Sequence record: PP400777
Length of the DNA stretch: 64,000 nt
DNA from: Escherichia phage JM10
Strand: one strand, 5' to 3'
Positions within the stretch are counted from its first letter, which is position 1. Every line of letters starts with the position of its first letter. The notes under the pieces were generated by a model that saw nothing but the letters and a program-made list of their open reading frames with translations, did no database searches and was not told the origin of the DNA. The translations under genes and the position numbers were made by a program. Positions 47,446-56,635 of the stretch are shown piece by piece.

Positions 47446-48431
47446 AGAAGTTTTACTACCTGAATAAGATTAGCTCGTTCTGTTTTATTTTTACCATTTA
47501 AGCCTGCTAATCGTGAGATTTCATAGTCAGTCTGTTGAATAGTTACATTAAGTTCGTTAATCAAAGCTTCAAAGTATTTGATTTGCTCAGCATGTTTTGA
47601 TTCAAATTTCTGAACCGGAATAACGTCTTGGTTCAGTTCATCAATAAGGTCTTTAAGAGCATCTTCTTGGTTGATATCATATTCAACTTCTTTTATTTCT
47701 TCAGCGAGCTCGTCTTTATATCTAACGTCTTTTAGTCCTGGTGCTGGTCCTGAAATCTCTTCTTTAAGAGTACAAACATATCCAATACGGTATCCAATGC
47801 CGTCTCGCTTGATATCAACTTCGTCGATAAATCCACAATGTTTAAGACCGGAGCCGATTAGGTCAAAATATCCTTGACGTCGTCCTTCAAACGTTACACG
47901 AACTACTAAAACGGTTTTACCTGCAACCTTTTGAAGCTCGCATTTATAAAAGTCTGTTGAACCTGAATAACGCGGATGAGTTTTAAAGTTCATCTGACGA
48001 TCTAGACCCATTTGTAAGCGTGCTGATACAGCCAGAAAACGTGTTTGGTTCTCGTTAAGATGAGCAACAATCCATTTCAAAGGCATTTTACCCTGTTCAC
48101 GACCGAACAAATCAGTACGTCCTAAATTACGCAGGATATTGTTAGAGTTAATCATCGACAGAATGTTAAGTTTATTCAGCGCGCTGAAGATTCCATCGGC
48201 CATTGATTTTCCGTAACCTTTACACGCTTTAATAAGTGCTCGCGGTAGATTAGTATAGATTTCAGGCGGCATATGAAAATCAAATTTACTAACCAGTAAT
48301 TGATGAACTTGGATAGCAATTTGTTCATAATTAAGTGCTCTGCGATCGTTATGGTCTTTAAACCACACTTTAATCTGTGAAGCACATAAACCGTTAATTT
48401 CATGTTTTACCGCATCAGATGTAATGCTCAT
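47436..48431 (-). CDS. hypothetical protein with C-terminal coiled coil, 331 aa
   Basis: ORF track. Confidence 0.6.
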   Translation of the reverse strand: MSITSDAVKHEINGLCASQIKVWFKDHNDRRALNYEQIAIQVHQLLVSKFDFHMPPEIYTNLPRALIKACKGYGKSMADGIFSALNKLNILSMINSNNILRNLGRTDLFGREQGKMPLKWIVAHLNENQTRFLAVSARLQMGLDRQMNFKTHPRYSGSTDFYKCELQKVAGKTVLVVRVTFEGRRQGYFDLIGSGLKHCGFIDEVDIKRDGIGYRIGYVCTLKEEISGPAPGLKDVRYKDELAEEIKEVEYDINQEDALKDLIDELNQDVIPVQKFESKHAEQIKYFEALINELNVTIQQTDYEISRLAGLNGKNKTERANLIQVVKLLKE

Positions 48432-48493
48432 AACTATTTCCTCAGATTGAATTGGAACTCAAAACCATTATAACCCGTCCTTGGGTAAAGCGT

Positions 48494-49021
48494 TTATGCG
48501 TGAACCGTCTTTAAACGTTCTTCAAATTTCCGAAGAGTACTAATACGTTCTGCTTTCTGTTTTGTATAGTTTGCAATACGTTCTGAAGTGAGAGCGTATC
48601 GTTCGTTTACTGTTTCTTTCATGAAGTCAGGGATTTCACGAGAAGCTTTAATTTCATCAAACTTATCGAGTACTGCCTGGTCTTCAGCGATTAAATTTTC
48701 GTACATCTCGATATCTTTCTTGATAAACTCGATATCTTCCTGGGTTACTTTGGATAAATGAGATGCTTTATCCTTTTTGTACTGCTCGTTAGTTTCACGA
48801 GACCAGAATAATGTACGTTTTTTGTTAGTGTTTTTGTAGACTTCCACAATTCCAACCGAATCGATGATAACAATCCAATTCCAGCGAGATTTGAAAATCT
48901 GACCTCCGTCCACGGTAATCTCGTTACCATAAGCAACGTCATTAAAGAACTTGCTTTGTGCTTCAGATTTAAATTTACCGTCGTTATAATTTACCAGGTT
49001 GAAAATATCTTTAGCGTTCAT
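48494..49021 (-). CDS. hypothetical protein, 175 aa
   Basis: ORF track; early promoter and SD upstream. Confidence 0.55.
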   Translation of the reverse strand: MNAKDIFNLVNYNDGKFKSEAQSKFFNDVAYGNEITVDGGQIFKSRWNWIVIIDSVGIVEVYKNTNKKRTLFWSRETNEQYKKDKASHLSKVTQEDIEFIKKDIEMYENLIAEDQAVLDKFDEIKASREIPDFMKETVNERYALTSERIANYTKQKAERISTLRKFEERLKTVHA

Positions 49022-49048
49022 GTTTTACCTCCAGTAGTTGATAGGTCT

Positions 49049-49077
49049 ATAATAACATAACCGTAGACCTTGTAAAC
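49049..49077 (-). promoter_or_regulatory. early promoter (-35 GTTTAC, 17 nt, TGTTATTAT)
   Basis: Minus strand GTTTACAAGGTCTACGGTTATGTTATTAT. Confidence 0.6.
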
Positions 49078-49079
49078 AA

Positions 49080-49367
49080 CTAAAAGAAACTTTTTTCGGT
49101 ATTTTTTCCACTGAACCAAACAGACTTCGGGATTTTTTGTAATTTTTCAGATTTAAGTTTCTCTTCCTGTTCTTTCTTATATACACCCTTGTCGTACTGG
49201 AGCATCTCTATGGCATTCTTTTGCAAACGATCTAAGGTAATTAAGGCTTTAGTTTTTCCTTTCAAGGAAGAGTCCTGGCGAACCTCCTCACTATATTGCA
49301 TCGTAGAACTAACCATACGATGAGCATAGAGTTCGACTGCGGCTTTAATTTTTTGCATAAAATCCAT
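49080..49367 (-). CDS. hypothetical protein, 95 aa
   Basis: ORF track. Confidence 0.45.
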   Translation of the reverse strand: MDFMQKIKAAVELYAHRMVSSTMQYSEEVRQDSSLKGKTKALITLDRLQKNAIEMLQYDKGVYKKEQEEKLKSEKLQKIPKSVWFSGKNTEKSFF

Positions 49368-49505
49368 AACATATCCTCTTTGATTTGTACATCATTATTT
49401 TTAAATATTTCTATGCCCTCAGTAGGTTCCTGGTGTCCTTCTTTGAGGTAAGCCATATGATTATTCATCTTTATGGCTTTTGTTACCTCAGAACTTCCTA
49501 TAAGC

Positions 49506-50507
49506 TTATTTCAGTAAAGTTACTTCAGAGATTTCCTCCCAACCATCTTTATCAGTTGAAATAAAATCTGCTACATAAAGAGCCGTACGTAATGATACAT
49601 TGCGAAGACGAGATACGTTAGCCTTCATCCAGGACAATGCTTTATACGTTTCTGCATCCGTCAGACCACGTTTCTGCATCATGTCAGTAGATAATATTAC
49701 ATCTTCAACTCGAACCATAATCTCTTCATTAGAGTGTACTCCAAGGTCCAAATACACTGAACGAGATACTAAAGCTTGAAGGTGTGGAGCAAGTTTAGAA
49801 CCGCGTTCTAACTCTTTATCGATATCAACGTTTGTAATGAAAACGATAGTACCTTCAAACTCAAATTCTTTATCAATACCCTTATCATCGAGATAAGATG
49901 ACGCAGTGCTCCAACAAACTTTGCGTTTATCTCCGGTATCTAATGCTGCTTTAAGAAGGTTCAAGATGTCCATATCTGAGAATACGTCAACGTCGTCGAT
50001 TAAGAGAACGCTGTCTGCATCACGGTTGAGCCAAAGTTGTTCGTAAAGGCCGATACCAGAGATTTTACCATTAATGCTTTTGTATTTGATGAAACCATTA
50101 TCATTAGCATTATTAAGCGCTTTATCCAGAGAATACGTCTTACCAATACCGGCTGCACCTGAAATAATGAGTGAACGAATTTTGCCATCAATAATGCCAT
50201 TCGTCATCATGTTCATTACTTTAAAGCGTTTGTTGATACGAGTTTTCATATCTTCAGTGCTTTCAACAACTGCAACCGGTGACGTCTCAACTCCTTCCAT
50301 TACGATGTCTGATTTGAAGACCCATACTCCACGTTCAGAACCATCAATCATAACGAAAATTTTACCATCACCTAAGTGGGAACATTCAGGATTAAGCTTT
50401 GCCGGGAACCAGGTCTTTGTGGCGACATAAGAACCAGAGATTTCGTTATTACGGTAGATACCTTTTTTGATTTGAACGTTGAACATTTTATTCTCCAATT
50501 TACTCAT
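49506..50507 (-). CDS. P-loop ATPase (AAA-like), 333 aa
   Basis: Walker A ISGAAGIGKTYS; Walker B VLLIDDVDVF. Confidence 0.6.
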   Translation of the reverse strand: MSKLENKMFNVQIKKGIYRNNEISGSYVATKTWFPAKLNPECSHLGDGKIFVMIDGSERGVWVFKSDIVMEGVETSPVAVVESTEDMKTRINKRFKVMNMMTNGIIDGKIRSLIISGAAGIGKTYSLDKALNNANDNGFIKYKSINGKISGIGLYEQLWLNRDADSVLLIDDVDVFSDMDILNLLKAALDTGDKRKVCWSTASSYLDDKGIDKEFEFEGTIVFITNVDIDKELERGSKLAPHLQALVSRSVYLDLGVHSNEEIMVRVEDVILSTDMMQKRGLTDAETYKALSWMKANVSRLRNVSLRTALYVADFISTDKDGWEEISEVTLLK

Positions 50508-50524
50508 TTCGTTTCGATAGGTCT

Positions 50525-50553
50525 ATAATAACATGTTTAAAGCAAAAGTAAAC
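50525..50553 (-). promoter_or_regulatory. early promoter (-35 GTTTAC, 17 nt, TGTTATTAT)
   Basis: Minus strand GTTTACTTTTGCTTTAAACATGTTATTAT. Confidence 0.55.
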
Positions 50554-50555
50554 AA

Positions 50556-50774
50556 TTATTTGCGACGAGATTTTTTGGTAAGAGGTTGAAAGAACACTGC
50601 TTTACCGGCTGGGGTTAAGGTGACTCGTAACGCATTACCGATTCCTAAGGATGCTTTAACTAGACCTTTAGCTTTCAGTTCACCGAATGCTTGACGTTGG
50701 TCTGCATCACGAGTGTTAACCATAAGACCTTTATCACCAGTTTCACGAATCATTTCTAACATTTTGGTTTTCAT
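50556..50774 (-). CDS. small protein, 72 aa (start adjusted to MKTKMLEM)
   Basis: Track ORF 50556..50831 N-terminus translates promoter/SD. Confidence 0.45.
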   Translation of the reverse strand: MKTKMLEMIRETGDKGLMVNTRDADQRQAFGELKAKGLVKASLGIGNALRVTLTPAGKAVFFQPLTKKSRRK

Positions 50775-50882
50775 TTTGTTCTCCTCTTGTTTTGATAGGT
50801 CTATAATAACATATCCTAAAAGCATGTACACTACTTTTTAAAAATATTTTGACCCCCTAAAGGGACCCGAAGGTCCCCACAT

Positions 50883-51164
50883 TTACTTATCGCACTTAGC
50901 AACATAATTAGGCATATCACAGAATACGGAGCGAGTAACTACTCGACCCTTTGACCATGCTTCAGTTGCTTGTCCGGCCGTGCTATTAATATAGCTTGAT
51001 TTAATGTTCTCAATACCCTGAGAATGTGATGCATTTACCGAACCATTAGAAGGCCCAGAAGTCTGGTTACCACCAGCTCCTGTACTACCGTTGGCTGCAC
51101 CCGTGGTAGCACCAACAGAGAATGCCATCATTACTGCGAATAAACCAATTACTAATTTTTTCAT
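50883..51164 (-). CDS. secreted Gly/Ser-rich small protein with signal peptide, 93 aa
   Basis: MKKLVIGLFAVMMAFSVGA signal; late promoter TATAAATA 33 nt upstream. Confidence 0.55.
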   Translation of the reverse strand: MKKLVIGLFAVMMAFSVGATTGAANGSTGAGGNQTSGPSNGSVNASHSQGIENIKSSYINSTAGQATEAWSKGRVVTRSVFCDMPNYVAKCDK

Positions 51165-51195
51165 ATTTACCTCAAGTTAATGGTTATTTATCTAT

Positions 51196-52182
51196 TTATT
51201 TATAGTAAGAATTATGATTTTCGAGATAGACTTGCTCAAGGAAATCATCCCAGAAACTCATATCTACTTTTTGTTGCATACCATTCTTGGCAGCTTGTTC
51301 CGATGCTTGTTCAACTTGGTCAACGATATCTTCTAGGAATTCTTGTACAGTTTTAAACGTATGTTTACCAAGCTTAACATCGAGAATAAATGGAGCATCC
51401 TGAAGTGGGTAAACCAGGTCGCCGGTTTTGTAAATTTCCAATAATTGAAGTCCACCACGACATGCATGACTCAATGCTTTCCAGTCAATACCTTCGTTGG
51501 CTTCAGCCTTACGAGCACGTTCGCCATAGTTCTCTTCCAGTTTAACCAGGATGGCATTGAACTCTTTATTGGTTAACGTATCTTGGAATTTACGGTCTAA
51601 CAGATTATAGAATGTTTGCTTACCTGTTTTCTCGTTTTCGGTTTCAACCCACGAAGCAAATTCACCTACAGGCAGAACATTCTTCATATGTGATAAACGA
51701 ATTACTGCACCATTATCAAAGTATTGTCCCCATTCATTAGAACGTTTAAGGGCTTGACGAAGAACAGCCAGTCGAGAACCCTTGACACCGTATTTAGAAG
51801 CTTGCTTACGGACATACCCTAAATAAGATTTCATGTTAGTGGTATAGAAACGAGACCTGTTATCTTGAATATACTTCCATACATCAGGCAAATCAGATTT
51901 AACTACTAGACTTTGTGGAGTGTGAAGCATATCTAATGCGACGGTTTCACCATCCGCAGCTAGTTTAAAGAAATATTTGAGACTATATAACTCATGGTCC
52001 ACGTCGTCTTTTGTGTTCTTAGAAGATGTGTTATTCGTGTTCTTGCTCATGTGTTCTTTAACGTTACCGGACAAGATATCACGAGCATGAGGGACATAAA
52101 TTTCTTTAAAATCGACGTCAGATTCAGGAGTAGACGTTCCATAAAGGTGGCTACCAAAGTAAGCCTTAACAATCGTTTTCAT
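51196..52182 (-). CDS. nucleotidyltransferase (Pol-beta superfamily) with C-terminal helical domain, 328 aa
   Basis: N-terminal YFGSHLYGTSTPESDVDF (G-S...D-x-D) and third acidic residue in VALDMLH. Confidence 0.55.
   Translation of the reverse strand: MKTIVKAYFGSHLYGTSTPESDVDFKEIYVPHARDILSGNVKEHMSKNTNNTSSKNTKDDVDHELYSLKYFFKLAADGETVALDMLHTPQSLVVKSDLPDVWKYIQDNRSRFYTTNMKSYLGYVRKQASKYGVKGSRLAVLRQALKRSNEWGQYFDNGAVIRLSHMKNVLPVGEFASWVETENEKTGKQTFYNLLDRKFQDTLTNKEFNAILVKLEENYGERARKAEANEGIDWKALSHACRGGLQLLEIYKTGDLVYPLQDAPFILDVKLGKHTFKTVQEFLEDIVDQVEQASEQAAKNGMQQKVDMSFWDDFLEQVYLENHNSYYK
51197..51204 (-). promoter_or_regulatory. late promoter TATAAATA upstream of the secreted-protein gene
   Basis: Plus tatttata at 51197-51204. 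Confidence 0.5.
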
Positions 52183-52580
52183 TATTTAGCCTTATATTCA
52201 AGAGTAGGACAGACTTTTTCTTTACGAGCTTTAAGGTATTCACCTATTAATGATTTCTTACGTTCAATAGGCTCAAGTCCATTTTTAATTCGTTCTTGGT
52301 TTTGCGCAATGAGCTCAATTTCTTTATAATATTTTCTGTCGTTATATTTGTCTAACAACCAAGACGGACCAATTACTAACCCGGTAGCAATAAAATCCAT
52401 GACTGCTACAATTAAAATGCCTAAACCAATTGAAGCCGGAACTAATGTCCATAGACTGCTAAAAACAAAGAATTTAGTTAAAATTTCCTGGCAAATGATT
52501 GTGACTGCTGCTAAAATCACAAATCCAATAATTGAAGCAGCCAATACCGGGATTAACGTTTTCCAAAAATAAGCACACAA
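52182..52580 (-). CDS. membrane protein, about 3 TM; start codon uncertain (track ORF begins at TTG)
   Basis: TM segments LIPVLAASIIGFVILAAVTIIC and LGILIVAVMDFIATGLVIG; stop overlaps the NTase start. Confidence 0.4.
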   Translation of the reverse strand: MCAYFWKTLIPVLAASIIGFVILAAVTIICQEILTKFFVFSSLWTLVPASIGLGILIVAVMDFIATGLVIGPSWLLDKYNDRKYYKEIELIAQNQERIKNGLEPIERKKSLIGEYLKARKEKVCPTLEYKAK

Positions 52581-52664
52581 CGTTTTCGGACGATTCTATG
52601 TACTATTGAACGCGGTATAAAGTTTAAAGTGCCAAGAGTTTTCATTGATAATCATAATAATTCC

Positions 52665-53207
52665 TTATTTCAAAGTTGGGATAATAGAATCGAGATAAGC
52701 TTTAAGAGCAACTGCCTCATCTTTGTCTAATGTAATGATATGTTGACGAAGGTCATCAATTTGGCGAATAACTACGACATCACCATCTTCATAAGAAGGA
52801 TTAACGCCTAGGACTGTTGTATAGTCAGGGCGGTCCTGATTTGTAATAAAAGCATTACGGCATTTAGCCCATTGAAGTTTGGCCTTTTTGGCTGTTTCAG
52901 ATTCCATGAATTCTTTCACCTTAGTGACAAATGTTTTCCAATTATTAATAGAAAAACATTCATCTTCGGTTTCGATATTAACCCCACTATAAAGTCCGTG
53001 ATAAAAACGAACTTGAAGGTCTTCATCAATGTTAATTACAGATGCATGACCCGGTGGATTGAGTTTCAAAATCTTGTCTAGTTCCATAGGAAGAATAGTA
53101 ACAACATCATCTTCTTGCGTCAGAACGTACGCATAACCACGTTTTTCGATACATAAATCACCAAACAACTCAGTCGTTTCAATTACAGTTTTCATATTAT
53201 TCACCAA
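52665..53207 (-). CDS. hypothetical protein, 180 aa
   Basis: ORF track. Confidence 0.55.
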   Translation of the reverse strand: MVNNMKTVIETTELFGDLCIEKRGYAYVLTQEDDVVTILPMELDKILKLNPPGHASVINIDEDLQVRFYHGLYSGVNIETEDECFSINNWKTFVTKVKEFMESETAKKAKLQWAKCRNAFITNQDRPDYTTVLGVNPSYEDGDVVVIRQIDDLRQHIITLDKDEAVALKAYLDSIIPTLK

Positions 53208-53295
53208 TTAAAGTTTCAACAAAATTCACCAAATCATTCTGACGAGCATCAACCTGATTTCTATAAAAATTAAATAAGATTAGCTTGTTCACAGG

Positions 53296-53406
53296 TCATT
53301 TTACCATACTCGCTTCAATAAGATTCATTACACCATTTACCATGTTATACGTAAACATCGGATAATTGTATTGTATCACAACGTATACGATAAGCAAAAG
53401 TTTCAT
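53296..53406 (-). CDS. possible small hydrophobic peptide, 36 aa
   Basis: Hand translation MKLLLIVYVVIQYNYPMFTYNMVNGVMNLIEASMVK; SD GGAG; own early promoter; below track cutoff. Confidence 0.3.
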   Translation of the reverse strand: MKLLLIVYVVIQYNYPMFTYNMVNGVMNLIEASMVK

Positions 53407-53425
53407 TTTGTTCTCCATTTGTTTT

Positions 53426-53464
53426 GGTAGGACTACTATAACATAGTCCTACCAAGTTGTAAAC
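53426..53464 (-). promoter_or_regulatory. early promoter with perfect 10-bp palindrome flanking the -10
   Basis: Plus ggtaggacta-ctataaca-tagtcctacc; -35 GTTTAC at 53459-53464. Confidence 0.5.
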
Positions 53465-53697
53465 TACCGATTGTGTTTTAAATGTTGATAAAGTTCTTCA
53501 ACTTGTTTAGGGTCCAAAACAATTAAGTCATTTTCTTGACGAAGATAAATCCATCCCTTATCCCCAGGACCATTTTTACAAAACATCACCACCATATCAT
53601 CATCTTTAGCGCTTTCAGGTAAAAGTTCAAGTACACCGTCTTCAGATTTTCCAGTATAATCGTAAAGCATAATATCCTCACATAATCTCGTTAACAT
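53464..53697 (-). CDS. hypothetical protein, 77 aa
   Basis: ORF track. Confidence 0.45.
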   Translation of the reverse strand: MLTRLCEDIMLYDYTGKSEDGVLELLPESAKDDDMVVMFCKNGPGDKGWIYLRQENDLIVLDPKQVEELYQHLKHNR

Positions 53698-53926
53698 ACA
53701 TTTGCAATTCGGTGTGGGCGTCAGCCATCTTTTTCATAGCTCTGTTAATGTCGATGTCTCCATCTTCGCAACCATGAGCATTTTCCCAATCAGATACCGC
53801 ATTAGCGTACTCTTCAATCAAAAACATTAACTTAGAAATTTTTTCTTTACGTGACATAACGTTCTCCTCTAGTAAGTAAGGTTTACTATAACACAACCTG
53901 AGGAGAAGTAAACTGATAGATGCCAA
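53678..53926 (-). CDS. hypothetical protein, 82 aa
   Basis: ORF track. Confidence 0.45.
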   Translation of the reverse strand: MASISLLLLRLCYSKPYLLEENVMSRKEKISKLMFLIEEYANAVSDWENAHGCEDGDIDINRAMKKMADAHTELQMYVNEIM

Positions 53927-53958
53927 AAAGCCCCAACCTTTCGGAAGGGGCTAGTAAA

Positions 53959-54261
53959 TTAGATAGATGTAGGCTCTAATTTTATTTTCATGAACTCAGC
54001 AAATTGTCTGGCAGTTTTTATGCCTTGTTCATGACATTCAAATGCATCATCACAGGGGCTATTTTTGTAATGCTTTGCCATATACTTATAGAATTTTTCA
54101 GAATTCTCGACATTTTGAATTTCAAACAAAGTATATACGTTTTTAATCCCTGATTCCATAAAGTTATCAAAATATGGGTCGATATATGCAGTACCAACGA
54201 TAGGAGTTGTTGCTGCAAAAAACCACAGCATCGCCATGACAGCTATCGCTCTTAAGGCCAT
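53959..54261 (-). CDS. rI: lysis inhibition regulator RI (periplasmic antiholin-like)
   Basis: 100 aa; N-terminal signal-anchor; DPYFDNFMESGIKNVYTLFE...NSPCDDAFEC matches T4 RI pattern from memory. Confidence 0.8.
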   Translation of the reverse strand: MALRAIAVMAMLWFFAATTPIVGTAYIDPYFDNFMESGIKNVYTLFEIQNVENSEKFYKYMAKHYKNSPCDDAFECHEQGIKTARQFAEFMKIKLEPTSI

Positions 54262-54273
54262 ATAGGCCTCCTG

Positions 54274-54486
54274 TTAATTTTGGCCAGTATTTATTTTTCG
54301 CCTTTGGACGGCCTTAACATCTGTGAGGTATTTTTCCAGCTTGCGCTTGCGTGTATAATCAGCTTTAGAACCAGTTTGACGGATATCCTCGTTTAAATGA
54401 GAAATAGAATGTCCTAATTCTCTTCGGATTTCATCCAATTGGGTTACAGTAAGATTACGAAGTTGTCTTTCGTTTAATTGCTGCAT
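54274..54486 (-). CDS. hypothetical protein, 70 aa
   Basis: ORF track; between rI and tk. Confidence 0.45.
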   Translation of the reverse strand: MQQLNERQLRNLTVTQLDEIRRELGHSISHLNEDIRQTGSKADYTRKRKLEKYLTDVKAVQRRKINTGQN

Positions 54487-54513
54487 ATATACCTCTTGGT
54501 TAGATATTAGTAT

Positions 54514-55095
54514 TTATAACAACCCTGTCAAATCATTCCAATGCTTCCGGCATAATGACACGTATCTATCGGTATCACCAATTTCAATTTGACTGCCATC
54601 TGTAATTGGAAGTCCGTCTTCCGTGACTCTAGCTACCATTGTGGCCTTTTTACCGCAATGACAGACACCTTTAAGTTCAACAAGCTTATCGGCAATAGCC
54701 ATTAATGCTTGAGAACCTTCAAATAGATTACCTTTAAAATCTGTTCGTAGTCCATATGCCATTACCGGCACATTGTATACGTCAACAATACGACTAAGTT
54801 GATACACCTTTTCAGTAGTTAAGAACTGAGCTTCGTCAACAAATACACAATGAATATCCTTTTGTGCTGCAGCCCATTTATAGAATTCAAAGATATCCAT
54901 GTCTTTTGTAATTATATTGGCATCCTGACGAATACCAATACGAGAGACTATTTCACCTTTTGAATCACGAGTATCAATAGCCGGTTTAAGAACTAATACA
55001 CCCATGCCACGTTCTTTATAGTTATGTGCGGCAGTAAGTAATGAAGCAGACTTACCGGCGTTCATAGCGGCATATGTAAAAATTAAACTAGCCAT
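54514..55095 (-). CDS. tk: thymidine kinase
   Basis: 193 aa; P-loop MNAGKS; C-terminal zinc motif CHCG...CRKH. Confidence 0.9.
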   Translation of the reverse strand: MASLIFTYAAMNAGKSASLLTAAHNYKERGMGVLVLKPAIDTRDSKGEIVSRIGIRQDANIITKDMDIFEFYKWAAAQKDIHCVFVDEAQFLTTEKVYQLSRIVDVYNVPVMAYGLRTDFKGNLFEGSQALMAIADKLVELKGVCHCGKKATMVARVTEDGLPITDGSQIEIGDTDRYVSLCRKHWNDLTGLL

Positions 55096-55104
55096 AAGAG
55101 TCCC

Positions 55105-55287
55105 TTATAGTGAATTCACGTAGTCAATGAGTTCTTGTTCTTTCCTGTCAAATGATTCCATCAATGCGTGATATTCTTCGTCCGTCAAAGGAGCATATTC
55201 ATCGTACGCATTGGTGGCTGCTTGTTCATCCAATAGGTCATGGATAAGTTCGAACAGTTTAGCTTTCTCTTCTTTAGTTAATTTCAT
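55105..55287 (-). CDS. hypothetical acidic protein, 60 aa
   Basis: ORF track. Confidence 0.45.
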   Translation of the reverse strand: MKLTKEEKAKLFELIHDLLDEQAATNAYDEYAPLTDEEYHALMESFDRKEQELIDYVNSL

Positions 55288-55778
55288 TTAGGTTCCAAAT
55301 CAACAATCACAATTTCTAGTTTAGTGGAATACGTATCTAAAATCTCTTCGATGACATCCCAGTTTCCACCACCAATACCTGCACCAATTCTTGGCATATA
55401 AATTACAGGCTTTGTTATCTTATTCTTTCCGAATTCATTTAATTCTATTATACAATTCATTAAAGCAGAGTACTCAAAATTAGGTCCCGGCTCAAACTGT
55501 GTATAAAGATTAAAGCAATAAGCTTTATGGGTCTTAAAATATTTTTCATAAACCGAATAAGACCCGAGTTTAGACTCATCTCCGAATTCGGTTTGAAGTT
55601 TATCGGCTTCCAGAATTTTTGGATAAGCCTTTGCTAATTGTCCTGCTACACCAGCGCCCATTGTATGAAAACAATTACACCCATGCGCAATATTATTACC
55701 TTTAGAAAACAGGGCGACAATATCGCCCTTGATATAGTTTTTAATCACTTGCTGCAAGTCCTCTAGTATAAGAGTCAA
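55284..55778 (-). CDS. macro-domain protein (ADP-ribose binding/hydrolase-like)
   Basis: 164 aa; NIAHGCNCFHTMGAGVAGQLAKAYP and GAGIGGG. Confidence 0.6.
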   Translation of the reverse strand: MTLILEDLQQVIKNYIKGDIVALFSKGNNIAHGCNCFHTMGAGVAGQLAKAYPKILEADKLQTEFGDESKLGSYSVYEKYFKTHKAYCFNLYTQFEPGPNFEYSALMNCIIELNEFGKNKITKPVIYMPRIGAGIGGGNWDVIEEILDTYSTKLEIVIVDLEPK

Positions 55779-56088
55779 CTAGGCGGTCCACCATAGAATT
55801 GCATGCTGCCTTATCTTTAGGTTCCGCCACCGAGCATTCTAATATTTGCCATTTTTTATAGTATCTTTTAATTAAGGTAGACGCCTTGAACCTACTAGAC
55901 GCCCCATCTTTTTCTCCGTCTTTATACGCATATAACAATTTTTGTGAAAAATCTACTTTACACTCTTGACTTTTACCACAATAATCAGACGCCGTTCTGT
56001 TTGTATACTCCGTTACATCAGTATATGTAGTATTAGCAAGAGCGTTAAATGAAACCAAGCCAACTATTAAAGCCAACATTTTGGTCAT
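55741..56088 (-). CDS. vs: secreted protein, 115 aa (T4 vs position)
   Basis: Signal peptide MTKMLALIVGLVSFNALA; synteny. Confidence 0.5.
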   Translation of the reverse strand: MTKMLALIVGLVSFNALANTTYTDVTEYTNRTASDYCGKSQECKVDFSQKLLYAYKDGEKDGASSRFKASTLIKRYYKKWQILECSVAEPKDKAACNSMVDRLVDSYTRGLAASD

Positions 56089-56627
56089 TCTTTTATTTCC
56101 AGTAGTTTATTTGATTTAAGGTAATTAGCCTTTTCTAGGACTTCAGAAGCATATTTACTTCCAGCACTTGTCTTCCATCCTGCATTATATGAGGATATAG
56201 CTTTTCTTATATCCCCGTTATGTATATTTAACCAATAAGAAAATTCGATATAAGCCCATCTGGCTGAATTAGACCGCTTAGATAGCATTTTCTTAATTTG
56301 GGCATCAGTCATATTATAACCAAGCTGGTTAATTCTTGCCCTCATTGTCGGTAGATAATTTTGGAACATTCCATACGCATGGTGACCTTTCTTATCTTTA
56401 AGATTAATACCGGCAGATGATTCCTGCCATAGTATTGCGGCCATTATGTATCCAAGTCCTTTCTTATGCATATTTTCATGCGTTTTAAATTTTCCGTCCT
56501 TAGAAAACTGTTCCCCAAACTGATAAGCATAATTCAAGTTATCGAGTTGGACATTACTAAAAGTATGCTCGGAGCTATGTGCTGATAATGAAAGAGCAAA
56601 TAGACCAGCGAGTAGTGCTTTTCTCAT
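56085..56627 (-). CDS. secreted lytic-transglycosylase-like protein (vs.1 position)
   Basis: Signal peptide; AAILWQESSAG catalytic-Glu context. Confidence 0.55.
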   Translation of the reverse strand: MRKALLAGLFALSLSAHSSEHTFSNVQLDNLNYAYQFGEQFSKDGKFKTHENMHKKGLGYIMAAILWQESSAGINLKDKKGHHAYGMFQNYLPTMRARINQLGYNMTDAQIKKMLSKRSNSARWAYIEFSYWLNIHNGDIRKAISSYNAGWKTSAGSKYASEVLEKANYLKSNKLLEIKE

Positions 56628-56635
56628 GTTTACCT

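Noticed and set aside
50538-50546. TTTGCTTTA as a MotA-box middle promoter
   Set aside because: Only 7 nt from the -10 element, too short for MotA-box spacing; it lies in the spacer of an early promoter.
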